Counted from the stretch's first letter, positions 27,646 through 42,034 are shown. The stretch: 64,000 nucleotides of DNA from Octopus sinensis (GCF_006345805.1 NC_042997.1:161138001-161202000); one strand, 5' to 3'. The notes: generated by a model from the letters alone, not told the origin. Numbers and translations: made by a program.

Positions 27646-30600
27646 ATGCCTATTTCCTCAATGCATTTGTTCAAATCATTATAGATAGTTCCCAATGCAC
27701 CTATAACTACTGGGATGCATTTTACCCGCACTTTCCATAAGCTCTGTAATTCAATAGCAAGGTCCTGGTACTTTGCTATTTTTTCTTTTCTATACTTCTC
27801 ATATTAATGTCTTCATCAACTGGGACTGTAAAGTCAATTATCTGGCACTTTCTATTCTCTTTATCTATTACGGCCAAATCAGGCCTTCTAACTTTTATTA
27901 TTCTGTCAGTCTGAATGTTAAAGTTCCATAACATCTTACATTCCTTACTTTCTAGTACTTCGCTAAGTTCAGGTTCATACCATTCATCAGTATGTTCAAA
28001 TCCTAGCTTTCTAAATAGTTTCAGTGGATTACTCTCCCTAGATTGTCATGTCTTTTCTTGTATTCTTTCTGTGCCAGTAATTCTTTCCTCTTTTGATTTA
28101 CATAATCTACATTGGGAGTATACTTGATTTTGTACATCTTGGCTTTTATCCAATTAGTCCTTAATGCTTGAGTTTGAGCAGCTACTAACAAACTTTCTTT
28201 CTTCCTCTTCAGCTTCCCTTTCTGCAACCATAACCATGTCTCACTACTATTATTTGCTGCAACTATCTTTAGGAATCTACCACGCAACGCCTTCTTCTGT
28301 CAATCAGATAATTTCTCTTCTCTTTTTTTGATTTTTAATTTTGTTTGGGTTTTTGGTTTCCATATGTCTTGCTGTGAATCTAGCACCTTTTAATAATTTT
28401 TTTATTATTACCTACATAGTATTCTATGTCTACTCTAGCTAACTTCACGCAATCTTCCACTGATATTAACCCTCTTCCGCCTTCCTGTCTTCTTAAGTAT
28501 AATCTTACTACTCCTTCCCTCAGGTGGAGCCCTCCATTCATATTGAATTCCTTCTAAGTTCTTCTGTCCAGATTTGCTAATTCAGTTTTTGTCCAACCTA
28601 TAAAAGCCACTGAGTATATAAGTAATGATATTGCCCAGGTATTTACAGCCTTCACAAGATTCGGACCATTTAGCCTTGACGTAATTAGCTTCCTCACCCT
28701 TCTGATATATTCATTCTCAATTTTCGTTTTCATCTCTGTCGATGGTACTCTATCAGATTCTAATATTCCTAGATACTTATAACTCCTTTCAAAGATTTTA
28801 ATGTTTGGCCATATGGAAACTGTATTCCTTCGCTACTACCCGTCCCCTTGTTACGACTAATATTGCTCACTTTTCTATGCTAAATTCCACGCGTATATCT
28901 TTGCTGAAGTGTCTTACATTCTGTATTAAGGAATCTATCTCTTTTTCATTCTTACTAAAAAGCTTCAGATAATCCATGTATTGCAAATGGTTAATTTTCC
29001 CCCTGCCTTTGCCTTCCTTAATACTAAACTGAGGGGGATCAAACTTAATACAAATATTAAAGGAGACAACGAGTCCCCATGGAAAATTCTTCTTTTGATA
29101 TTAACTTTTCCTAAAATTGTATCACCCGAGTAGAGATCTACTTTCCATTTCTTCATGCTACTGCTAAGTAATTCTTTTATGTTGTCTGTTATACTGAATA
29201 TACTCAAACATTCACTTATCCATGAGTGTAAAATCATATCATAGGCTTTCCTATAATATATCCACGCCATTGTTTAATTTTTCTTTCTAGCTTTTACTTC
29301 ATCTACAGTTGCTTTGTCTATGTATAAAAGATCATGCATTTCTCTAGCCTTCTTCCTGCTGCCTTTATCTTCTTCTGGCAGTAAATTCTGGTTGTCAAAG
29401 TACTCATAAATACTTTCTGAAAGTATTCCTGTTAACAGCTTCTACTCTAATGATAAGCAAGTTGTTGGTCTATAGTTGCTAGCTATATTACCCTTGCTCT
29501 TATTTTTCATGATAAGTATTGTCCTTCTCTAGTCATTCAATCTAGTATTATTCCTACATTAAGGCAATTCAGAAGTTGTTCTCTCAGCCTCCCATGCAAA
29601 CTACTAAATTATTTTAGCCAGTATCCTTGAACTAAATCTGGTCCTAGGCCCTTCCAATTCGACATTTTCCCAACACTTTACTTATTAATGCATTAGATAG
29701 GCTTAGATCTGGCTGTTTCTCACTACTTCTCTCACATTCTTTAAGCATACTGCATCTCCTTCATGATTGACTGACCTATCCCAAATATTACTCAAGAACG
29801 TTCTTGCTTCTTCTGCATTTGGGTTCTCATCTTCAGTACTTCGTTCTCCGCTATTCATTTGATTATAAAATCTCCTCTGATCTGTCTCAAATAATCTATT
29901 CTGTTAATACCGATCTTTTTTGTGATATCCGGATAGCTTGCCTGCTAACACGCTGTTTCATCTCTTCTATTACTGTCCTAAATTCTTTCCCTTTGACTAA
30001 GTATCTTTTCTCAAGGGAAGATTTGCATCTTGTTCTTCCTAGCTTGTACAGTTTCCAGGCTTCTATTCTACTCAGATCTTGTCTTAAAGTCTTGACTTTA
30101 TTTTGTAGTCTCTTTTTCCACATTTTCTCTTTTTTATTCTTTACCTGTAAGGTATATAATCTTCTGATGACTACCCCTCCTGCATAGAACTATAACTTAG
30201 TGTCTCCTGTATTTTTAGTATCTATCCTACTGATAACAGATGATAGATTCTGTTATTTCTAGTAGCTTCCTTCTGTTGGTGACTTTTACTACTGGCAGTC
30301 TGTTTCTTACTTCTTTAACTCATTACTTCCTGCATCTCATCTGAAATCTTCTGTTCACCTTCACTTAAATCACTTAAGTCGCTGGTGTCAGTTGTCTCTT
30401 TCTTATTGGTAGCATTATTATTATTATTTTCGTTTAGATTCTTCTTTTGGTTTGAGCTGTATCTCTTATGTTGTTGCTTGTCTTCCCTACTGCCTAGTCT
30501 TTCTTTTCCTGTTCTCTTGTGATCTCTGCTACCTCCAATTCTGTGATCCCCTTTCTTCTCCTAATAGCAATAGCTTGATCAACTAATCTCTGCTCAGTAA

Positions 30601-30800
30601 CTTTAAACAAACCCTTCTCTACCCAAAGTGCTAATATCTGTTTTCTATAGCCCCGTTTTCTATTTCACTTTCTTAACTAGCACTGCATCACTATCCTATT
30701 TTCTCTCTCCTTGTTCTATTATCTGTTGATACCGTATTAAGATAACAGCTGTGGTCAGTCTGTATCTTTACTGAACTACTACCGAGCGAGAGTCCTTCCC
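27646..30800 (-). mobile_element. Near full-length decayed R4/Dong-type non-LTR retrotransposon (RT plus restriction-like endonuclease)
   Basis: N-terminal GYRKQILALW..EQRLVDQ. RT motifs AWIYYRKAYDM, IFHGDSLSPLIFVL and LQYMDYLKLF. Then ESLLVAAQTQALRTNW, and the RLE region RPDLAVID..IIDFTVP..KYQDLAIEL..PVVIGALG. Confidence 0.9.
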
Positions 30801-32333
30801 TTAATGATCCAGTTTCATTTTCACTGTTTCTCGCAACTGCTGTCTCTCTTAAACTAAGGTATGGTAATGTTCATCACGAACGTCATCACCACCATTATTT
30901 TTCGACATCTGAAAGTTTCAAGCCACTTTCTATTGCATCATTTGTTGCACCTTTATGCTGGTGGGTGGGGTGTGCCGCATTTTTTGTGGGTGTAGGGGGA
31001 TATTGTATTCCATCTCAGAAAACTGAAAGATGTTCCTTATATGGAGTACATATGTACAAAAATCAGATTCTCCCAGATGAACCGCTACAGAAACATGCGC
31101 GTAAAAATGTAAACACATTTACATTTTACATACGAAAACTGCAAACCTGTGAGCAAAGTTTTAAATTTTACATGTTGGTTACATATACATCCATATTTAT
31201 ACAAGACCTCTATATATATATGCACAGTGCTATTTCTTCTCGGTCTCTTACTGATACATCAATAATAATTATAATTATAACTACGAAAGAAACATCAACA
31301 CATGCCCATAGGCGGTGTTCAGTTAAAAAAAGTAAACACTGTAAAAACAGTGTTGTTGTTATTGTTGTGTTGTTGTTGTTTTCGTCGTTGTTGTCGTTGT
31401 CGTTAAGGCGGCGAGCTGTCAGGATCGTTAGCACGAAGGGCAAAATGCTTAGCAACATTTCGTTCTTCGTCTTTCGTTCTAATTACTCCAAGGTCAATTT
31501 TGCTTTTCATTTTACGGGGATCGATAAAATAAGTACCAGCTGAATACTAGGTAATCGATATGCCACCTTCCCCGGTATTGAAATCATTATTATTGTTATT
31601 ATTGAGACGGTGAGCTGGCAGAATTGGTAGCATGCCAGAAAAAAAAGGCTTAGCAACTGTCCGTCCGTCTGTACGTTCTGCGCTTAAATCCCATCGTGGT
31701 TGAATTTGTTATTCATCGGGCTTGATAGAGTAAGTACTAGTTGAGCACTGTAGTCGATGTGATCGACTGTCCTCTCTCGCAAGATTTCAGACCGTGTGCT
31801 TGTAATAGTATGGATTATTGTTATCATTATTGCTATGTTGTGACTGCTATCGTTTTTTCTTTGTTGTCGTTGTTGTCATCGTTGCTGTCGTTGTCATTAT
31901 CCTCCCCTCATCCGTCCTCACCATCATCTTCATTTTCATTATCGTCTTCGAATCCAGTTGCATTAGTCTAACACATTGCTTACTTTTGAAATTTATCTAT
32001 ATTTCCTTTTCATTTTCTGTATGGAAATTTGAAATTGTACTTGTTAAGTGTGTTCAAAACATTCTCCGGGAAAAAAAGAAGGTTAAACACTCCCAGAGTC
32101 TTCCTTAATTAGAGAAGGCACAGGGAATTTCCTTCCTCGTTTGTCTGCTATTATAGTTTAACCATTACATATAAAAATACCAAGCGATGACATTTGAAGT
32201 GAGAGGAGCAATAGGAAGCAGACATCACAGCTAATAGTTGTTGCTCAGATCCTGCTACTTATTTTGAATTTTTTTCTAATCAAAGGAAAAATAATTATTT
32301 CGTCCGAAAAAATTTTAAAAGAAATATTACCTT

Positions 32334-32376
<43 letters not shown>

Positions 32377-32619
32377 CCATCACCACCAGCTTCTATAATG
32401 CTATCATAAACAGCAACAACAACATGCCAATAACAAGAGGAAGACAAAAATAAAGACTAGTAATAATACCCATTGCATTAATTTAAATGAAAGATTTTTG
32501 CTCCTGTAATTCTCAATGGATTGCAACAAAATAACAACAAATGAAACAACAATGATGATAACATTGGCACCAACCAGGCTTCCAGAATAGCAACATTGAC
32601 CAGATAAATTATTTCCCTC

Positions 32620-33120
32620 ACTTTGGAGGAGCCAGAAACACCAAAACCAACATTTTCTACATTATCCACCACCGCTGGCACCAGGCTATTACGAAGAAAT
32701 ATCGGCCTGAAGGACCTTAAATAATGTCTCGAAACTTATGCCCTGCCATTGTTCCAGAGCTCATTGGCAGTTAGAGATAATCTATACAGGCACGGTGATG
32801 CCACCAATCAGGTCTGTCCAAGAGAAGCGTCGACCGACGTCATCGTCGTTTTACGTGCAATTGTTTGATTGACAATCATTTTCTGACTGGAGAAGACTTG
32901 TTGACTAATTGTTGTTGCATGAGAATGTGTTTGGCTTGGGACTGAGTTCATTCTGAAAACGACCCACTACCTTGCTTTGACCGGGAATGAAGGAATTTTT
33001 TCTTTTGTTCAATGGTTACAGTGAAAGAAGTTGCTCGGTGGACGCAACTAAAAGGGCTGAAAAGAATACTTTGAGGATTTTTTCAAATTTGAATTGGAAA
33101 CGTTTTAGATAATTAAAATT
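32620..33120 (+). mobile_element. Tx1/L1-clade LINE C-terminal fragment
   Basis: AVRDNLYRHG..VCPR and VKEVARWTQLKGL remnants resemble L1/Tx1 ORF2 ends. Heavily decayed. Confidence 0.45.
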
Positions 33121-33479
33121 ATTTTTTTATGGAATAACGAAAGTACTTCCCGCGGATATAATCCCGAACATAAAATAGTAACAAAACAAAAATACTTAGG
33201 TTTGATATCGCAGACAATTAAAGCGGAAAAGTGAATCAATATAACCATGTCAAATGAAATAATATATTTTGCAGCCTTTCAGTTTACAATGAAAAGTGGG
33301 TACTTCTGCAATTGTACTTATATAAGTGCAGTTGTACTTATATAAGAGTATAAAAAATTGAAGCAAACAAGAAAAGAAGTAAAAATAAAAAATAGGAAAT
33401 AGGAAAACAAAAAGATATTTCAAATCAAAATTAAATTAATAACGAAATGATTCAATCATAAAAGAAAATGAGAGACAAA

Positions 33480-35271
33480 TACTAAATAAAAATGGCATAA
33501 CAAAAACAGTAAGTAGCCGAAAGCAAAGAATTCCTAAAACAAGAGATCCTCGCTAAATTATAAAGAAAATTAACAATAATAGTATTTTTCTACAGGACAA
33601 ACAGTACGGCATCTACACAAAGAGTTTAAAGGTAAAAATATAATAGAACTGAGTACAACATCAACACAAGGGAGTCAGAAGAGTTTTAGAGAGAAGCATG
33701 GACAGCAAAGTAGTCTCAACAGTTGACTGCTTATATAAAGTAGTCCATATCTTAGAAAGAACAGAACACTGGGTGACACCCACTCGTAAACATTAAGATA
33801 CCGAATTTCTGGTTTAAATATTTAACAGAGTCACATATGGAGCTCGGTGCGATATCTAATATGTAGAAGTAATTGGTGGAGACATTGGCTGGTTTACTGA
33901 GTGACTAAAAATTAAGAACACAAACAGTGATAAGAAAATCAAAGAAATTTACAAATTCTTAGAAATCAATAGATGAAACAGACTATAACACACACAAACG
34001 AAAGAAATGTTTAACAAGTAATATTACAGAGGGATTAGATTAATGCACAAAACAGAGCTAAATGCAAAAATCTAAGTAGTTGGCAACAAAACTCAGTAAT
34101 ACGTTCCATTCTTAACGTATCGCAAAATGAAAAACCAAAAATAGACAAAACAATTTCACATAAAAAAATTATATTTTGCATGGAAACATGTATATTGCAA
34201 CTAAAAAACTTTTATAAAATATCTACTGTCTGATTATAGAAATATCAAGTAAAAAGAAAAGCAATGGAAACCTAATGCAAATAACGCAAAAATATTATTT
34301 TCTGTCCTCGAAGAAGCCAACAGGAACAAAACGAACTGAAATTTAAGACAGTTGTCAGGATAAAAGAGAAAAAAAAAACAATTGTAAAAAGAATAAAACA
34401 AAGATTACAACTAATTTTTACAAGGTGCTACAGAAGATCCGGCTAAAAGGAAGGCAAGGAATGCCTCTACCTGGCCTGTACCTACAAAGGTTGAACAAGG
34501 CAGAGACACAGAAAAACAAATCGTAAAAGTGGTAAAGTACAGGACAAAATCTGGAAGCGACAAATTCGTCGCATCAGAATCCACTAAGAAGTTATAATTA
34601 ACAGAACACATCATGTAGCAAGTCATTTGGACGTTGGAAAGGAACTAAATTCATGAACCCTGGTTTCTTAGTTTTCTTAGGAAAGAATACATATAAAATT
34701 ATGACAGGTTTAGGGTTTTCATATTCTGGAATTTATGTTAGTATCATGTTATAATAAGTGAAAATATGTGGTTTCAACATATTCCAGAATAGGTCTCAGA
34801 TAGTAGAAAAGCGACCGCTCCTTGGAATATATCAATACTCACAGACAAAGCGATCAAGACTGATCGTCGATTTTATTCTCAAAGACTAAGAAAGGGATCG
34901 ATCACTCTTCACAGATGATAATATACCACTCATAGAACTTGCAAACTTCCACATGTTTATATATGTGACAAATACTGGTCAGCTACGAGAAACGAGAAAA
35001 TATTTTACAAAGTATACTGGCATAACCCATAGAATCAAATATATACTGCGTAGAATTTTAGTTAAGATCACATCATTAGGTGAAAAAGAAGTAGGCTAAG
35101 TAACTGCGACAGTGAAAAATTTATTTCAACATTGGCACAAAGAAAAATATCAACTGAATATGCCAAGCAGTAATCTTCACTTGATGTATAAATGTGAATG
35201 TCGAAGCAAATTTAAGTTCGTCAAATACGATTTAAGTGGATAACTTTATTACTTGACATAAAAGAAGTCTT

Positions 35272-35272
<1 letters not shown>
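33480..35272 (+). mobile_element. Heavily decayed R4/Dong-type LINE ending in (TAA)n
   Basis: IPNFWFKYLTESHMEL, EIYKFLEI, YYRGIRLMHKTELNAK, PLPGLYLQRLNKA and WNISILTDKAIKTDR (RLE) occur in the correct order, with large deletions. Confidence 0.75.
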
Positions 35273-35336
<64 letters not shown>

Positions 35337-35420
35337 TATAATAATAATCAAGATGATGATGATGATGATGATGATGAGGAGGAGGAGGAGGGGGATAATA
35401 ATGGTAATGATGATGATAGA
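35273..35420. repeat. Compound (TAA)n(GAT)n(GAG)n microsatellite
   Basis: Directly visible. Confidence 0.95.
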
Positions 35421-36100
35421 AGCATTTCCAGAGAGAATATTTCAAACAAAATTCAGAACAAAACAAAACGCAGAACAAAAAAATCTAAAAAGGATTTTAA
35501 GTCAAATGTTTATAACAGGTGAATAATTTCAAAATAGTTTAGTGTTTCTTGATTTCACAGAACTAGAGATTATTTCATTAAAAAAACAATTAAAATACGC
35601 CTGTTACTTAAAAACAACCACATGTACGTATTCACTGTCTGAGTATGACTACGCTAAAACCAGTGAGGAATCAAATAAACTACAAATACACTAAAATAAA
35701 TCGAATCAGTGTATATTGCAAATTGCATAGGAAAAGACTAGACTTTGAGTAAAACAACTATGACACAGAAGCAAAAGGAAGAAAATTATTGGCAGCTACA
35801 AGACTTCGTCCTAATATGTGCGAAAGAGTTTGCTCTGCTAAAGATACTAAAGAGGCATGTAATAACGTTGAATCGAGTATCGAATTACGTTTATTATGTA
35901 GGTACTAAGAATACAATTTGTAAATGGACATGACATGCATTTAGAAACAAGAAAGCTTGTTCAGCGACCTAATGTCACTCAGTATATATATATATATATA
36001 TAGAAATTCGGGGTGAGTACTTGATAATTATAAGCACCTGTGTATACCGTTTGGTGGTGGAGTAAATTGATTAAAATAAAAACATGATGCCAAGGATTCA

Positions 36101-36178
36101 GCGGTACATATGTTTCGGGCCTTTATTAAACAGATTTATAACAATGCATAATGTATGTCTGTGGCCTTCTTCAGCCGC
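36101..36178 (-). ncRNA. Intact minimal type I hammerhead motif
   Basis: GCGG-CTGAAGA-AGGCC...GGCCC-GAAAC-ATAT-GTA-CCGC with palindromic stem III ACATATGT. Confidence 0.82.
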
Positions 36179-37541
36179 GCACAACAGCTTCCACAAGGAC
36201 ATGTGTTACATCAAAAATTCTTGGTTGGGGATGCAAATCCTCTCATTCGCGTACGACATAATGCGGCAACAGCATAGAATTGAAGCGTCCATCTCTTTCT
36301 TCTCTCAATGTAGAATGAGGAAATTTAGATGTTGAAGTAATGTAAATAAATAAATGCATATATAGACGTGAAGATGGAGGGGCGAGAATTCAGGACGAGG
36401 GATAAAAAATGTATGTATAAAAAGTGTAAGTATAGAAAAATATAAAAATGTAGAGTATAAAGATATAAAGGGATATAATGGGATGTAAAGGGGGTATAAA
36501 GAATATAAAGAAATATAAAGAAATATAAATGAATGTTTCACGCACATATGTGCACGCACATATGGACACACAGCCGTGTGTGCGTGCACGTGTGGACGTG
36601 AGTGCGTGATTCTTTACATACGTTCTTATATACATCCTTTAATATCTTATATCTAAACCTGGAAGCGTGGGCATATGTGTATGTGTATGTAAGGATGGAC
36701 GCGCGTATGTATATATGGGTGTGTACATGTATAATGTCCGTGTATACATGCGGATATTCTGTTGTATGTATGTATATGTACGCGCGTGCGTGTGGGTGTA
36801 TGTGTATTTATGTACATGTTTACACGTGAGTGCGTGTGTATGCTTATAGGCCTGGAGCCGTGTATGTGCGCGTATATGCGCGCGTGTATATGGGTGTATG
36901 TATCCATGATGGTATGTATGTACAAGATGACCAATTAATTCAAAGAACTAGATTAAACGCTCAACAGCTCTGATTTACAACACACTAGGTCCCCAGACAA
37001 CTTCTACAACTAAACTTTATCAATCTCCTGACCACCATGTTTGGTCCGTAACCTCTATACATCCCTTATCTTTATATTTTTTTATATTTTTTTACATTTT
37101 TATCATGTTTATTCCTATTTTTATTTTTTTACTTTTTACTTTTATTTCTATTTCTATCTTTACTTTATAACCTTATGCCTTTACATTCATTTATATTTCT
37201 TTATATTTCTTTATATTCTTTATACCCCCTTTACATCCCATTATATCCCTTTATATCTTTATACTCTACATTTTTATATTTTTCTATACTTACACTTTTT
37301 ATACATACATTTTTTATCCCTCGTCCTGAATTCTCGCCCCTCCATCTTCACGTCTATATATGCATTTATTTATTTACATTACTTCAACATCTAAATTTCC
37401 TCATTCTACATTGAGAGAAGAAAGAGATGGACGCTTCAATTCTATGCTGTTGCCGCATTATGTCGTACGCGAATGAGAGGATTTGCATCCCCAACCAAGA
37501 ATTTTTGATTGTAACACATGTCCTTGTGGAAGCTGTTGTGC

Positions 37542-37619
37542 GCGGCTGAAGAAGGCCACAGACATACATTATGCATTGTTATAAATCTGTCTAATAAAGG
37601 CCCGAAACATATGTACCGC
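37542..37619 (+). ncRNA. Intact minimal type I hammerhead motif (mirror copy)
   Basis: Identical core and stems. Predicted cleavage after 37615. Confidence 0.82.
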
Positions 37620-37652
37620 TGAATCCTTGGCATCATCTTTTTATTTTGATCA

Positions 37653-37735
<83 letters not shown>

Positions 37736-40700
37736 GCCATCAGTAGCCATCAGTAGCCATCAGTAGCCATCAGGAACGATTGTATTAATTAAATTTGGCG
37801 GGCGGGGGTGATTATAATTTATTAGCTCGTGTCAGACACGTTCATTATTTGCTTGGTAAAATCTATCGTAATTATAGTTAATAATAATGGATAACAACAG
37901 ACGTTGCAGACGTCGTTGCTATTGTTTAAGTTCTGGTCAACTGATTGTACCAATGAACAAATGCATTCTAGCCATGACCAACTCACCCGTTTCCCGATCA
38001 TTGCATATCATCTGGAGTTGTAATATCCAATGTTTTCCTTCTTTTGAAAATGGCAAGGCGTAATTTACAGGAAAATTGGCTGCTATTTCTTGCAGATAGG
38101 GTATACCTCAGCTATATGTCTTTCTAGTAGAATAGCAATTTCTCAAGCACTGCAGAATTGGGCATAAATCACTTAATTGCTAGTAGTGTTATACTTCTCC
38201 CTGCAGCATAGTTGGGGATGAATGATTTTCTTTTGCACTAGCTAGATAACCAGCGGGTGTGATGCCTAGGTAATGATTTTCATCATTTGCCTAGCTCTCT
38301 CAGATGGAAGGGAAAAAATTGTAGACAATTGTAGTTACAATAGAACCGGTGAGTCATTGAATCTAAAGTACCGGAGTTTTCAAATGACTAGCAAGGTGTA
38401 TGTTATGAAATTTTCATGGTATATGGTATTGTTTTGACAATAAACTCAATCACGCACTAAGATCATAGATGGTGTGGAAAAAACAATTATAGAAACAGGC
38501 TAATATCCTCTTTATTTCCTCTTCTTTCTTTGCATATTTGCGTCTTAACTGAAACCTAGATTTTTTACACCGTACGTGCATTACAATTATGATGTAGAGA
38601 TATTGTTTCTGTTTCATATATACTCTTCGGTGTATCTTTGTATGGTTCAAATCGTGATTTTGATTTAAGTTTAAATAAGGAACTTAGGTTATTCGTTGTA
38701 ACTAGATTTAGTTTCATTCCAGAGTCTGTTGCGGTGCTTCGAATTAATATACTTCAGTCTTAATATTAGAGTAAGATTTTTGCATCTGAGAGTTACAAAT
38801 TGTTCCAATATCTTCAATTGATTCCAAGATATCGCCTCTTGATTCTTATAAATTTTCATCGACTTACCATTTTTCTTGCAATCTTTACTGTTTGCGTATC
38901 ATTCTGGCCAATCACCCTATCCTAAGCATCATTTTATTTGTAGTTTATGAATCTCATTAACATCGGTGCTACATGATGATGTCAATGTAGATATTACATT
39001 TTAAAGTTTTCTTCTGTAAATTAACCTACGTACTTTGTTTCATTTCAGGTTCTCTGTACTACTCTACTATAACCATAAAGCGCTCATGAATATATAATGT
39101 GGTTTGATTTTTTTAAAATTTAACAATAATTTAAACCCGAATTGTTTCCTTAACATTTCTTTCATCAGCCTCTCTCTAACCGGTTTATTTATAATACATT
39201 TTCTTTTGTTTCCTGTAATACTTCGTTATCTGGTAATAGCATCGCATCACTTTTTTTTCTATTTTCTCTCTTTTAATTAACGATATACTGCGTAACGTGA
39301 TCCATAAGTTCATCCGTCTTAATTAAATCCATGAATGTTTTTATTAAAGATCTATTTGATCTTAGTTCTTAGCAGCAAATTGAAAGATTTGTTACTTAAT
39401 TTTTTTTTCTTACGTCTATCCTTTAACATGCGTAGTACCATTGCTGACAACATCATATATATCATAAAAGCAATGGTTCGAAAATCTGTATATTATTCTT
39501 AATTCTTGGTAAATATTCATCAGTTTAATTTCGGAAGATTTCTGCTACTTTCCTACGTGTTTTATTACAATGCCTACAATAAACATTCTATATTAGCATT
39601 TCTTACTAAATATTCAAATATCCTGGAATGTAACGCCATATCATACAACATTTAATAATTGTTTTGCATGTAGCTAACCAAAATAATTTATCTAATCTGA
39701 GTATTAGTAGTCAATTCGTAGATTCTATAATAGCAGCTGAACGCTCCCGCTGTTCTGTTGGTATTATGAACTATATTTCCATTCACATCGAGTTTTCTGT
39801 TTAAATGCCTAATTATAACGATTGACTATATGATTAATTAATCATCACATGCCAAATGAGTAAAGCTTTCTCTCTCTACCCCACTGTGATTTTGCTAAGA
39901 ACGTTTTTGTTGTGCTTTGAGCTCAGATTACATGTACTCTCCATGCTTGTGCAATACTGCATTTCTTCCAATGAAATCACAGCATGACAGGAAAGTGTAA
40001 CGAAAATAGTGACAGTAAAATGAGAAAAAAGACGAAGCTGTAAAATAAGGGGATTATATGTTTTATTAATCCTAGCGATTACAAATTAACCTACTTCGTA
40101 AACCTGTCAGAGTAAATGACGCCAAGCTTGCGAATAACAACACAAATAATAGCGTTTGCAACGATAGTAACTATACAGGGAGTCATCTAACAGATATCTT
40201 CAAATAGCATTTAGAAAGATGTGTATGGATAGAATGAAAAGTCTAAAATAATATTAGAATTCTCTAGAAAATATATCGCAAATAGTTTCCTGTAAAATCG
40301 AACTTATCATTAATCTAAAAAGCAAGTATCCTACCCACGGAAATTAACATCCGGACAATCTCCCTTGGTAATGATATACTCGAAATTGCAGAGGAGTTCA
40401 CATATTATAGTAATCCTGCCTGAAATAGTTTACATGTTTAGCTTAAGTAGCACAACGATATATGATCAGTTACTATAATTTGTTTGTGCAGTAAAGCTTA
40501 TCATTACTGTTAAGCATCTCATTATAAAGCGATAAGATTTTGACACTATACGCTGGCACCTATATTTTCACATTTACAGTTTCTGAAGTTTTTTTTATTT
40601 CGATTCAGATAACCATAATATATATAAGCTGTCTAACAATAATTAATTCTTGGCTTTCTTTGTACTCGTTAGCAATTACAGGTAGGTTTTTGTCTACTTA

Positions 40701-41273
40701 CTCCAGTAAGGAGATAAGGTTTGTTCTTTGTTTCTCCACCTTGAAGGAAAATCTCAATTAATTGAGAATGCCTTGCGTACATCATGCGGTACACTGCTCT
40801 TTAACTTATTTACCGAAGTTATTTTCCTCAAAGCATGCAAAATAAATTTGGCAGAATTAATACCGAATATTTTTAATTTATGCAGTATTGCTTTGGTCAA
40901 ATGATACAATGCCTGTCATGTCTACAAATGATGTGATGCTTGTGTCCGTTGGGCAGCTTTCCAATTTTCGGTAAAAGGCGGCGATCTGGCAGAACCGTTA
41001 GCACGCCAGGGGAGATGCTTAGCGTTATTTTGTCTGCCTTTTCGTTCTAGTTTCAAATTTCGTTGACATCGACTTAGTCTTTTATCTTTTCGGAGACGAT
41101 GAAATAAGTACCAATTGAACAATGATATCAATGTAACCCTTCCTCTAATTTTACATACTTTTGAATAGATGTGACAATGATAGCTGCCTTAGGCAGTCGA
41201 TGATCTATGTATCTATCTACACACACACACACACACACACACATACATATATTATATATATATATATATTATA

Positions 41274-41359
<86 letters not shown>

Positions 41360-41643
41360 ATTTCAACAATTGAGGGTAAAATTAATTAATTATTAATCAA
41401 TTTCACCAAGTATTCAGTATGTAAAGGGACCATTTTAGGCGAATTCAAAATATTACATTATATATAAGGGCTTAGTAAAATAAATTACTTTGCCACATAC
41501 TGAACTCATTAGAAATAGCAGCTAAAGAAATTTCTTCAGCTATTTCTAATACTTAAAGAAGATCTCTCTCAGATAGTGTTTGCTCAAACCAACTCACAAA
41601 GGTATGGGGGAGAAACATTAAAAAATCAAGTGCAAAGGTTATT

Positions 41644-41695
41644 TGAGAACGTACGTTTCTAGATTAGTCAAATCGACATTTCTTTCGTCAGCTCA
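41644..41695 (-). ncRNA. Minimal type I hammerhead motif, core intact
   Basis: TGAG-CTGACGA-A.AGA..GTC(gattt)GAC..TCT.A-GAAAC-GTAC-GTT-CTCA: 4-bp stem I, palindrome AACGTACGTT, GUU triplet, interrupted stem II. Confidence 0.7.
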
Positions 41696-41819
41696 GAACT
41701 CCTTGGTTCGGATTTGGGAACACTGAAAGTGGGAGCATACCCTTTCGGCTTCTTATCACCTCTAGAATTCTGCTCGAACTAAAAGTGCTTTCAAATTCAT
41801 ATATATATGTCTATTCCTT

Positions 41820-42010
41820 ATGCAGAGTTTCACCACCACCTATACTTCCATCTTAGAAGTATCATCGCATCTGATGTGGCTTTTAATACCAGACGGTGTT
41901 TTGAAAAGATACCCACATAGATTGCATATCCGATTTGGACCACCAAGAGATGCAGTTAAGTTCTGATCTTTATGGATCTTAAATGTCTTTCGAGGCCTCT
42001 GTTAAACATA
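41820..42010 (-). mobile_element. RTE-like LINE 3' end remnant
   Basis: ICNLCGYLFKTPSGIKSHIR is a terminal C2H2-like motif followed by a stop, as at RTE ORF ends. Confidence 0.45.
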
Positions 42011-42034
42011 AGTGTATTTATCTATCCGTCTATC

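Larger units (their letters stand above)
36003..37654. mobile_element. Fold-back hammerhead element in (TA)n with about 470-bp arms
   Basis: Inverted arms 36066-36536 and 37183-37654 show only a handful of differences. Spacer 646 bp, tail 36003-36065, (TA)n on both sides. Confidence 0.85.

Noticed and set aside
38700-39750. Possible very old minus-strand LINE
   Set aside because: Only vague codon-like texture. No motif could be read with confidence.
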